Assembly (NCBI GenBank): GCA_001179505.1
Contig: CDMY01000236.1
Coordinates: 93,246-157,245 of the forward strand
DNA: 64,000 nucleotides
Direction: 5' to 3'
From: Vitrella brassicaformis CCMP3155
Taxonomy: Eukaryota > Protista > Chromerida
Shown here: piece after piece, positions 33,559 through 45,224 of the stretch
Numbering within the stretch: the stretch's first letter is position 1
Layout of the letters: each line of letters begins with the position of its first letter
Notes under the pieces: model-generated
Seen by the model: the letters and a program-made list of their open reading frames with translations, nothing else
Databases searched by the model: none
Told to the model about the DNA's origin: nothing
Program-made: the position numbers and the translations under genes

Positions 33559-36072
33559 TCACTCCAGCCGCCTTCGCTTGCGCCCTCTTGCCTGTGTGTG
33601 ACACGCACACCAAACAGACCACATTATCCATCTCCCTTTGTCAACCTTGTCGAGAGAGAGTGTGTGTGTGGCTTACCTCGTCTGCGTCGGCTGTCTCTCC
33701 ATCCCCTCCCCTTTCGGCTGTCTTGTCGAGCTCCTCAGCCGCCAGCCCCTTGGCCACCAACGCAGACAGCCGACCACGCAGCGACGGGTGACACATCAGC
33801 GACTGGCCCATCCTCTCCGCGTCATATGCACTGACAGACACACAGACAGACAGACAGACATGTACATGACGACCGACCCCCAGCTGGCATCCATATTGTC
33901 TGTCTTTCATGGGCCTTTGTGACTGAATGCACCAACTGACGAGAAGAACTTTGGGGCGACCATGGTTACGAATCGGATGGTCTCGTCGGGATCCCTCAGC
34001 CAGACCTCTGTGGATGCGGAGAAGATGATGCGCGGGGGAATGCTGCCGGCCGTGGTGGTTGAGAGCGAGGGCGGGGTGGGGAGGGGCGAGATGGTGGGGG
34101 GCAGGTCGCTGATGCACGCCGATAGGCAGGCAAAGGGGTTGGCCGCAGTCGACGCGAACGTGTTGCTGAAGACGTTGAGAATGAGGATGTTGCAGATATT
34201 GGTCTGCAGAAACATTGAAACACACGACACACACCGATGTTCGCGTCAAGCATGCCTTGAGACCGAATGGCCTTGTGTTTGATCTACCTACCTGGTGCTC
34301 GGTCTTGTCCGAGCCCAGCTGTGCTTGTGCCGGTGCCGAGAAGAAGGCTTTGAAGAGCTCGGCCAGCAGGTCGTACTTGGCGTACACAACGCCCAGCCGG
34401 ACGAGGTGGAAGAGCAGCGCCAGCATCTCATTCGTGTGAATCGTGAACCTGACATACACACAGACGGACACACAGACAGGTCGACGCACACACGCGGCCC
34501 CTTTCCCTCCTCTGCCCGCACTTACACAGGCTTGAGGTCCTGCAGGAGGAGCTGCGGCCTGTCCTGCGGCTGCAAATTAGCTACGTTGCCAGGAAGCTAC
34601 ACGGACGAGCAAGACACAAACACAGACGTGTGTATATGTTTCCCCATACATAGGTCCGTCCCATTCTCCTCCCCCATCAATGCGTACGCGGAAAGTGGCG
34701 AGGTTGTACTCACACTCGGGCAAGTCACTGAAAACGCCCAGCACCTCACCCCACACCTGGCCGTCGGGTCACGTGTCCTCCACGGCCTGCAGGATGTCGG
34801 GCGCCATGTTGGTTGACACCTCGATGGCGTCGCACAGGGTGTTGGCCGTGGACAGGTAGGTGGCCGACACCTCGATGCGCTGAATGGTACTGGCGGCACA
34901 CGTCGGGCGGCCGCGCTGCGATTGGACGACTGTGCCTGACGGTCCGGGGTAGCCCTGCGGGGGGACGGTGGTGGCGCTGACGGCGATGTCAGGCACTACA
35001 ACGTGACACACACAAAATGGCAAGCAGGCTACAGTGTGCTGTCTGACGCCTGCCTCTCCTTGCCTGCCCCAGGCAGACTTACATCCGTAGGGCATGTAGT
35101 TGGCATTGGTGCCGCCCAGTGGGTCCCCCGTCCGCTCCAGCCGGATGCCGTGACACCCTGACGTCTTCCAGTCGCCCTCTGTCGCCCGATTGACCAGGTC
35201 AGTCAGACTCTCACAGTCGAACACGTGCAGCAGTGCCGACTGGAAGTCCGCCAGCTGGTCTTCTGCGATGCTGATCTGGCCGCGAGCGAGCATCCGACTG
35301 AATGAGCGGCAGATGAGGAGGGCGGCGGTGCGATGCTCATCGCTCTTGCCCATCGATGCCAGCCAGGGCGCCACCTCCACGGCGTATTTGGCGATGGCGT
35401 GGCGGACCTGATCCACATCGACCATGAACCGGACATAGGCTCGGGAGAGGGAGCTGAGCGTCTTGACCAACGCCACGCAATCGTCCAACTCCGCCAGCCA
35501 GTTCTGCACACACTCACATAAACACACACACAGAGCAGGAGGGCAGCGTGTGTCAGTGATGCATTGTGTTTGTGCTTCTCACTGCTTTGACTGTAGGTAC
35601 CATGCGGCAGATGTGTCTAGCGATGTCTGTCCAGAGCTTCTCTGCCTCGGCCATGTCCTTGAGACCCAGGAAATCCAGCCCACGCAGCACCTTGAGGTAG
35701 TTCTGATGCGTGAGGCACTGCAAGAGGCCAGATCTGGTGGTATTCAGGAGGAGCAGCTTGGCCGTCGCTGGCGAGATGTCCTGGATGGTCACCTCCCGTG
35801 CCTCTCCCTCAATGAAACGGCCTTCGATGACCTGACTCATCCATCCATGGGCCCATGACACCACACACAAATAAGCAGACAAACGACGTGAAGACGTGAA
35901 CGGAAGAAGCCATCGCTTGCGGCTCGTTTTTTCAAACCGGATCGAAGGAGGAGAAGTGCGCGGCCGCCATCTCTGACAGCTCTATCGTCTTGCCATTCCG
36001 CAGGCGGACGGTGATGTTTCCATTGCTTGTGTCCGACAGCGACTCAAGCGACGTGCCCTGCTGGTTGCCCAT
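33559..36072 (-). CDS. BTB/POZ-like N-terminal domain protein, multi-exon
   Basis: Spliced MGNQQG...NITVRLRNGKTIELSEMAAAHFSSFDP|VIEGRFIEGEAREVTIQDISPATAKLLL (BTB-like). Seven or more GT-AG exons ending ARGRKRRRLE*. Confidence 0.65.
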
Positions 36073-36229
36073 GCTCACTGCGATTTGCGTTCTGTTCGTG
36101 CTTCAAGGAGCTCGCGTCTGCGTGAAACCAATTGCGCGCATGCCGCATGGAACGCTGTGGGTCTATCTGTTGACATGCTTCGCAGCCGCTGATCTGAACC
36201 GGGGCTTACGATATCAGACCATTCCAAGC

Positions 36230-37825
36230 ATGGCGTCTGGCGCCGGCAGCCCCGCCGTCTTGGAGAAGAACGGCAAGGTGAGATGGAAGCACTTGACTAC
36301 CACATCAGCCTTGGAGACAGATCCGAGCGTTTCCTCTTGTTGTGCAGACCCTCATGAGGACGTGCGTCACGGGTGACCGCACCAAACCCATCATCTTTTT
36401 CATTCACGGCGTGAGATGAGGGACACACAGACAGGCCAGCCGCGTGTGCCTTCCATCCCACTGTCCGTGTGTCCCTCCGGTGTGGATGCAGTTCCCCGAC
36501 GACGAGAGTGTCTGGGACGACGCAGTGCAGCACTACCAGGGCCGCTACCAGTGTGTGTGCGTGACTTTGCCCAACTGCGGAGGGGTGGTTGATCGGTCGT
36601 GGGGCTTTGACTTCCCGGAGATGCTGCACATGCTCAAGAACACGGTGGATGACGTCAACCCTACGGGTGCTCCGATGGTGGTGGTGGCGCACGACTGGGG
36701 CACGGCCTATGCGAGGTAGGGACCCATGCTATGCCATTAATTACGATAAATGGATGGATGAATGGATGGATGAATGGATGGTTGGGTGCTTGATATATAG
36801 GGCATTCGAGAAGGCCTACCCCCACCTCGTCAAGAAACTCGTGCTCATCGGTACGGCTTTTTGCAGTCCATCCGTCTGACTCACTCAGTGTTTGTCAATC
36901 GTATGTGCGTCTGTCTATCTGTTGGTCGTCCCATCCATTCACTCACTCAGATATCGGTCCCGACTTCGCCGCCCTTCCCTCGTCGCCCATGATCGTCTTC
37001 CGCAGCAGTCATCCGTCGATCATCGGCTACTTGCTGCAGCCCCTCTACACGCTGGTACTGGCGTGTGTCTTCCTGGCCCAGGCAGCCATCCCCATCAGAA
37101 GCGTCGGCCACTTCGTCGCCGGCGTGCTGAACACCATCTTGACCATCATCTGGAAACTCATCAACATGATCTTCCACCCGCCCAACGTCAAGCTGCAGTT
37201 TGTGCACCGCAAGAGCCCCTATCAGTACGCCCAGGCCTACCCCTACTTCTACCTCTGGAAGCATGTTCTCTTCGGCAGCGCCAATAATGCCTTCGGTCGG
37301 TACGCACATACATATGTGTGTGGGGTGAATGGACAGACAGCGAGGAGGGAGGAAAGGCACGGCAAGGCACCCCGGCCGGCCGGCAGGCCACCTTGTGCGC
37401 GGTGTTTGTGTGTCATCCATCCATCGGTGTGTGTCATCGATGTGTGTGTCAGATGGTGAGTGGTCCGAGCCCAAGTGCCCGGTGCTGTTTGTGTACGGCG
37501 GGCAAGGCATCAAGGCCCTCATGAACTACCACTCGCCGGCCGTGCTCAAGTGGTTCAAGGAAAAGGCTCCCAAGGGCAGCCAGGCCGTCGCATTCAACAA
37601 CGCCGGTAGGTAAATACGGTAGAGACCATACATACATACAGAAATGGATGGACTCATACACACACAGAGATGGATGGCTGCCACACGCATCTGTGAGTCT
37701 ATGTGTGTCGAATGGATCTCATGTGTGGTTGCTGTTGGTGTTGCTGTGCAGGTCATTGGGTGATGCATGACTGCCAGAAGGAGTTCCACACACTCGTGGA
37801 CCAGCTCCTCGCGGCCACAGACTGA
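36230..37825 (+). CDS. Alpha/beta hydrolase, epoxide-hydrolase-like
   Basis: Spliced IFFIHG|FPD (HGxP oxyanion motif), VAHDWG (Asp nucleophile), KCPVLFVYGG and A|GHWVMHD (catalytic His). Confidence 0.9.
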
Positions 37826-38266
37826 GAACGGCCACAGAAGGGGCGGTAGCTAGCGATGAGGTGCGTCTTGTGGGTACCGGTGTAGTGGGCTGGCTGTATG
37901 TGATCGATCCGTTTTTCCATCTCCCTTTGTCGTGAGAGCGATCAGTGAGTGTATCAAGTGACGTTATGAGTGCATGTGTGTGAGGGCAGCTGTCAGGCGT
38001 GTATCTGTCCGTGGGATGGTGGGAAGTGCTGATGTTTTTGATAAAGACCGAGAAGCCATAAAGGCGTCTGTCTGTCCGAGCATCATCCGTAGCTAAGCCC
38101 ATTTACGTGCAGACCATGAAAAAAGTGCACTTGCGTTCTGCCGTACCCGGCTGTACCACACAGAACGAAACGGCAATGTTCACTAGCTGCCCTCTCTTCA
38201 CTCCTGAAGACGGACAATCAAGAAATGTCTGACGGCCACATATACTGCGATGTGCACCCCCATCGC

Positions 38267-38908
38267 CTAGAGACAAATCTTCACTGCATCTTCCCAGGGA
38301 CACTGACACTCATAGCCAAAACCCTCGAGAAGTTCCCGCACACGCTTGCATAGGTCATGGCATCCTTTCTGCTGCAGAGAATTAGAGATACGGTTAGAGA
38401 GGCCCTTGAAGGTTCTGTCCATTCCTTTCCATAGATCCGCCAGCTCCGAAAGGGGACGCACGAACACCTGCTTGTCAGTCTTGTTGGCGATGTCCGTCAG
38501 GATCTTGTGCGTCACCATCTTGACCATGTACTGCTCCATGAGGTCGTCAGCCTCCTCCTTGAGAGATTGCAGGTGCTGCAACCGATTCTTCGACGCCACA
38601 GCCATCGAAACCCGCTCCACCTCGAGTTGCTCGTCGGTCAGTGTGATGCCGTAGTAGTCGAACTCCTTCTTGAGCTGGCCCTTGGTGACAGTGTAGGGAA
38701 TGATGACTGGCGCGCCGCGGCGGTAGTACTGCAGCACATACTCGAAGAGGGAGCCGTCGGCGTCCACGAAGATGGCCTCGGTCTGCTGGGCATGCCACTT
38801 CGCATCGACGAGCTTGGCGAGAAGTGCATCAGGGTGCTTGGTGAGGGTGCTCTTGGCGACCTCGAAGGTCTTGCCGCCGACGTTGAGCTTCACAGTCTCG
38901 CCAGACAT
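38267..38908 (-). CDS. KCTD/T1-type BTB domain protein, intronless
   Basis: VKLNVGGKTFEVAKSTLTKHPDALLAKLV...IFVDADGSLFEYVLQYYRRG...LKKEFDYYGI is a canonical T1-BTB. Confidence 0.9.
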   Translation of the reverse strand: MSGETVKLNVGGKTFEVAKSTLTKHPDALLAKLVDAKWHAQQTEAIFVDADGSLFEYVLQYYRRGAPVIIPYTVTKGQLKKEFDYYGITLTDEQLEVERVSMAVASKNRLQHLQSLKEEADDLMEQYMVKMVTHKILTDIANKTDKQVFVRPLSELADLWKGMDRTFKGLSNRISNSLQQKGCHDLCKRVRELLEGFGYECQCPWEDAVKICL

Positions 38909-39167
38909 GATGGTGTGATCGAGTGCGGAGGAAGACCGCTGCAGAATGGAGCTTGTCAGAGCCTCTGCGCGAGGGCAGGATTCGCCGCAGGGATCCGCTT
39001 CGAGAGGGGCAGGAATAAATAATGGTACTCCATCATTTTGTGAGTTTCACGGAAAAAAGAGGAGTTAAGCCATCATCGCTGCTCGCGCTGCATCGTCCCT
39101 TCGAAGATCCCTGCCCTTCAAGTTCATCAGAGCAGCTCCGCATCTGCATTCCCACACACTTGTGAAG

Positions 39168-40588
39168 ATGGGCAGCGAGGGCGGCGTCACGAAATTTGGG
39201 CTGCTGCTCTGCCAGGTGACAAGGACACACAAGCGTTCCATATGTGCGCGTGACTCTCTTGTTCGATTGGTCAGACGCCTCCGGTGCCCTCCAAGAAGGG
39301 CGTTGCCGAGGCCAAGACGGATGCGCTCGAGGCGGCAAAGAAGCTCGTGGGTGAGGGCATCGCTGCGCATCCAGGCGCAAAGATGGTCGTACTGCCAGGT
39401 CAGTCAGAAAAGACGAAGATCCCCATATGGTGCTGTGCCGATTGCTGCTGTGGTGATTGCTGCTGTCACTGGCAGAGATGTTCGCTTGTCCGTACGGCAC
39501 CAAGGTGAGCATGAGGGTAGGGGTGTGACAATGAGCGAAGCATGTGGCGCTACGTGTGATGTGTGCAGTTTTTCGAGCCTTTCTGCGAGCCCGTTCCAGA
39601 TGCCCAGGCAGCCGAACCAAATACTGACCAGAGGTGAATCTTCCATCGCTTCTGAATTTCTCTCTCGTGAACGCCTTTCCTTTGCACTGCAGCCCGAGTG
39701 TCAAGGTGCTCGTTGACATAGCCAAGAGGTGCGCACAAAGGCTGGCACGTGACAGCCGTTGGCTGGGAGTGGATATGTGCCTTCTCTGTTGGTTTGTCTG
39801 TCGATGCTGCAGCCATGGTGTGTGGCTGGTTGGCGGCTCGGTGTCTGAGCGTGACAGTGCCGGCAAGATCTACAACACATGCCTGGTCTTCAACCCACAA
39901 GGGCACATCGTCGCCAAACACAGGAAGGTGAGAGAGAGATAGAGAATGACGCGCAGCGTGCGCATACATACCGCCATAGCTTTCTGTGTGTGCGTGTCGG
40001 TCGTCAGGTTCATTTGTTTGACATTGACATTCCCGGCAAGATGACCTTCAAAGAGTCTGAGACGCTCTCGGCAGGTGACCAGGCCACGCAAGTCGGCAGT
40101 GGACCACAGCTACTGTCTGTTGCTGTGGCACTTTGCCCCATCTAGGTGGCCAGGTCACGACATTTGAGAGTCCTTTCGGCACTATCGGTACTCACCGACG
40201 TGCGCACACCCTGTTGTCGTCCGCCAAGGCATTAGTCTGTATGTGTGTCAGGTGTGGGCATCTGCTACGACGTCCGCTTCGCCGAGTTGGCCCTTTCGAT
40301 GCGCCAGCGTGGCGCACAGGTGCTCATCTACCCAGGAGCATTCAACACCACCACTGGCCCAGCACACTGGAGAATTCTCTGCCAGGTCACCCTAGCGATC
40401 GACAAGTGCATTCAGTGCCTTGACGTCTGTGTATCTGTCTGCACATGTGTGTGTGCAGGGTCGTGCGTTGGACACCCAGTGTTACGTGGCTGTGTGTTCG
40501 CCCGCCCGCAGTGAGGATGCAGGCGACTATCCTGCCTGGGGACACTCACTAGTGGTCGACCCTTGGGGAGAGGTCAAGGTCAGCCACC

Positions 40589-40620
<32 letters not shown>

Positions 40621-40858
40621 GCGCCATGCGTGTGTGTGTCTTTATCTGTGTGTGTGTCAGGTCGAACTTGATGAGAAGCCGGGCTTTGCCTTTGTGGATG
40701 TCGACTTGGACTATCTGAAAGATGTACGCACACACACAGACACAGACACAGCGACGCTGTGCTGCCTGCATACCGACCGCATCCTTCCTTGTCTTCAGGT
40801 CCGCACCCGCGTCCCCATATCGATGCAGAAGCGACCTGAGCTATACGAGCTCAAATGA
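39168..40858 (+). CDS. NIT2: Omega-amidase NIT2-like nitrilase-family protein
   Basis: Spliced VVLP|EMF (Glu), KHRK|[23 protein letters not shown] (Lys), [11 protein letters not shown] (Cys), [14 protein letters not shown] and [11 protein letters not shown]. Confidence 0.9.
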
Positions 40859-41610
40859 GGGGTTTGGGTTTTGCGAGTGGTGTCGAGCATTTGGCTGCCT
40901 GCCGTGGCTCGCTAGTCTGTGTGATGGATGCGTATGGCACCTTTGGTTGGATCCGATGATTGCAGTGACATGCAGGCAAGGCAAGAGTTAGGCACGACGT
41001 CAACCTGAGTCAGTCAGTGCCTGGCTCGGCTCGGCAGGCAGAAGTGTGCGAACGCGTCCATCCATCCATGCATCGATCAATCAATCATGCGTTGTCTGTC
41101 GCATCCATCAGCTTACTTGCCGTACGTGTGGATTGCGCACACACATGTACATGGAACAACAGCCGTTCGGAAACGACTTGGCTGGCTAAGGTCACGTCAA
41201 TCAAAACGACTTGACTTGTGTAGCTTAGCTAGATGCAGTCAGTCAGTCAGTTAAATGTCCCTCCCTCCATCCTACGTGTACACACAGACAGACACACAGA
41301 TGGATGGATGGAGGGATCGACACAGTACGCACCTGCACACACACACCGAGTCGACAAGCACTCACACGGCCATCCCCCTCCCTCCCTCCCTCCCTCCCTC
41401 CCTCCCAGTAAGTCTGGCGCACAAATGATGCGCCGTCTTCACGCACTAGGGTATTATCTACAAGCTACGCCTACTTGCCTGTATTCACAAGCTGTGCAAC
41501 CAACCCCCACCACACCACCCACACACAGAGCACACCCCACCCACTATGTCCATGTGTATACACACAAATGATGCGCACGCGGAAAGGCATCCATCGCCTG
41601 CCATCCTGTA

Positions 41611-44600
41611 CTACGAGTGACATGTTTCGACCTCAGGCTCTTCGAGAGTCTGCATCTTCGTGACTTTGGGGCTGTCGTTGTCGTTGTCCTTATAGGACAG
41701 CCCCCCGCCCATCTCGAACACAGCCGGCCAATGCCCCCCTTCGCCAACAAAGAAAGTGCTGTTGGTCTTGGCGTCGTCCCGCCCGCCCTTCTTGGCCTGC
41801 TTCCCCCCGCTTTTGCAGGGATGCGTGGGCCAATCGTACGGCAGGTGGCCCGACACTGGCGCGTCGGCATAGAGCACGTCGGCCACCCCGCCGCCCTCCG
41901 ACCCCACCAGCCATGCCACCACAAAGGCGTCTGACAGGTTGATGAGGTTGTTGGTGTACAGCGGCCTGCCCGTCAGGAACACGGTCACCACTGGCGTGTC
42001 TGGCGCCTGCTTCCTGAGCGTCCTGAGCAGGTGGAGGTCGAAGTAGCCGGCGGGGTTCTGCGGCCGCACGTGAGAGAATGGCCTGGGGACGGTGATGTCT
42101 CCCCCATCCTCGGCATAGGGGTCCTCCGCAATGACGGCAATGATGGCGTCGAAGGCGCCCTTCCTCGCCGCCTTGCCGTCAAAAGAGTACTCCACCGAGC
42201 CCCCCTTCTGTGCGGCCTTCTGCCGCAGGCCAGCCAGGATGGTCGTCGCCCCCACAAACACCTCGTTCGGTGCCTTCTTGTCGCCCTGCCATGTGTATGT
42301 CCACCCCCCGCTCTGCACCGCGATGCTGTCGGCCCCCCTGCCCACCACCAGCAGCCGTGATGGCTTCTTCAGCGGCAGGATTTGCCTGTCGTTCTTGAGC
42401 AGGACGAGCGACTTCTGCACAGCCTCGCGAGCGACCTTCCGGTGGCCTGGTGCGCCGAGGGAGTGGCCCATGTCTTTGAGCATCTGTGCGCGTCGCTGTG
42501 GCGATGGCCGTGGCTTGCCGTGTGGCGTGGATATGGACGAGATGAAGCCCATGCGCGCCTTGACTCTGAGGATCCGCGTGACGGCGTCGTCGATGCGCTC
42601 CATCGGCACGATGCCCGCACGCACCTGCTTGGCCGTGTTCTCGATGAAACCAACCTGACGGACCGAGGAACAGCAATCTAATTAATCTTCACACACACCC
42701 CCATGCCCCCATGCCCATCGTCCGTCTCTGGCATCTCCATGCTAAGCTAACCCAGTCGTTATTGGTCGGGACCATGAATATGTCGATGCCGGCATTGACA
42801 GAGGGGGGGCAGGACCATTTGGTGCAGGAGGGCCACACCCAGTGGTGCCCCTCCCAGTCGCTGATGACCAGCCCATCGAACCCGAGGGCGTTCTTCAAGA
42901 CTCCGTTGATGAGGTACTCGTGGGCGTGCAGCTGCAGACCGTTGTAGCTGGAGAAACTCACCTGAACACAGAGAAAGAAGTGAGGTGAGGGAGGGACACA
43001 TCTATCTGCATCAAGTGCGGTGTGGTGTGTGGGGTATGGTCTCGTCTCGTCTCGTCTCACCATGATGGCCCCAACTCCAGCTTCGATGGCCGCAAAGTAC
43101 CCCGGAGCGTGTTTCGACCTCAGCTCCTCCTCACTCATGAAGGCAGGACCCGTGTTCTTGCCGTGCTGAGTGCCACCGTCAGCTATCTGCACACACACAC
43201 CACACACATGATCGACCAGAGGCACCGATCCTTCACGGCCCGGCCACACCTCACTCACCCAGTGCTTTGCCGTCGCCAGGACGTGTGTCGCATCCAGGTA
43301 GTATTTCCCTCCATCCTTGTGGGGGTGGCCCTGCAAGCCGGTGACCATGGCTGCACCTAGGCGCGCGACGGTCTCTGAGAAGGCCGAGTAGCCCTCGTAT
43401 GTCCTGCCCCATCGGGCATTCTGCGGGACGGCGAGGCATGGGGCAAAGGTCCAGTCTAGACCCGTCAGCGCCAGCTCTATCGCCGTCACACGACCAATCC
43501 TGCACCAAGACAGCAAGAAGGACGATCGTATGTCATTGTGGGTTTGATCATCCAGTGGTGTTGGTCAGCTGCAGCTGACCTCTTCATGAGTTCGACGTCG
43601 TTTGCGGCCCCGAGTGCGATGTTGTGGGGGAAGATGGTGGCTGACCCGTGGTTGTGGTGCCCATGGACAGCGTCGATTCCCCACATGTAGGGGACCTTGA
43701 CGCCCTTGTACGACGGAGCGGCGTTGTAAAACACCTCTGCCTGCGCAAGCCACGCCGCCTCAGTGTGAGAGCCGATTCGGGTGCCTGACAAACACAGCAG
43801 ACCATGGGTTAGATGCGCGTGTGTCGCCGATTCATCCGACCCATTTCACCTACCTGCGCCCGAGATGATGGTGCCGACGAACTTCTCCTTCATGTAAGAG
43901 GGGTCGGTGCCCGGTGAGTGGACTTGCACCATCTGCGCCAGCTTCTGCTCCAGCGTCAGCCCGCCGACGATGCGTTTGATCTCAGCCTCCATGTGTGGGT
44001 CTTTGGGAGGAGCGACCTTGAGCTTCGGCCACGGGATCAGCGCTGAGCCAACAGCACAGTGGACACAGAGCTAGTGAGGACGATTCCAGACGTGGCTAAC
44101 CTCCGCCTGTTTTAGGTTGCAGCGTCCAGCAGTACCAGCCCCACCCCCTCTCCTTGGCCGACGGGGGGCACGGCTCGGACGCGAGACGACATTGAGCCCA
44201 CTTATGATGATAGATACACACATGACAAGTCGGATCAGCCAAACATTTGCAGCAGTGCAGGCGTGCTTCCCCCCTCTCTGCTAACGTTTCGGCTCTTGGC
44301 AAGTAGTGAGCCCTGTGTGATTCGGCACTGGAACTTCTCGTCGGCGCAGCAGCCCGTCTTGTTGCAGTCGCGGAACTTGGCAGAACATGTCGGGCTCTTC
44401 TCTGCTTTCTCTGCCGAGAAGGGGACAGCAAGAGCCGACCAATGCTCGGCAGGCCGCTCTTGTGTGCCCTTGGCAGCTTACCCCCTGACTGCGGCTGTGG
44501 CGGAGCCGAAACCTGCTGCGTACGTGCTGTAGGCGGCTGGCTCCAATCTGCACATCAACCAGACAGACATATCAGAGCCCGTTTCTTCTGTCCTCCATCC

Positions 44601-45138
44601 TTTCGTCACCTGCATGTCCGGGGGCCTGAATGCCGTGCTGGTGTGCGCTCTTGGGTGTGTGATAGCACCGCAGCGGCACCGCCCTCCTCGTGTACGAGCG
44701 CCTCTGCTGGGCGTGCGCCACCGGCTCAAGGGTTTGGTGAGTGTTGGTGGCGTCCCAGCAGCAGCCATTACTCTGACAGGACGGCCATGATGGATAACGT
44801 GTAATGAACCGTGGAGAGTCTGTCTGTCTGTCTGTCTGTCGTGTGCGCACCTCGCACTCCTGCTTGGTGTCCAAGTTCCGCTGCGTGACGCTGTCGAGGC
44901 AGGCAACGGTGCTGAACTCCCTGTTGGGACACGTCGCTGCTGAAGGGGACAAGAAGGAGAGAAAGGGACACAATCACGAAGGTGATGGCCTCTGCTTTTC
45001 GTTGTCGTGTTAATTGCCTGCTCTTTGCTCGAGTCCTCTCAGCCTGCCATCGAGGTCTTCCTCGTCGTCGGGCTGTTCCTCGTCGGCACCTCTTCCGATT
45101 GTGAGGAGGAGACCGATGAGCACCATCGCCCACCTCAT
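41611..45138 (-). CDS. Secreted GH3 beta-glucosidase / beta-glucan exohydrolase with N-terminal trefoil-like and CBM1-like Cys-rich modules
   Basis: Signal peptide MRWAMVLIGLLLTIGRG. GH3 motifs LTLEQKLAQM, WGIDAVHGH, TIFPHNIALGAA, RWGRTYEGYS, ATAKHW, GFDGLVISDW (nucleophile) and AEDPYAE (acid/base region). About 12 introns reconstructed in phase. Confidence 0.9.
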
Positions 45139-45224
45139 CTGTTTTCGATGCCTCCGCCGCGCTGCGCCGTTACATGTCACATTGTTTGTGACGGCCAAAG
45201 GAAGTTTACGCTGACCAGAAGGGG

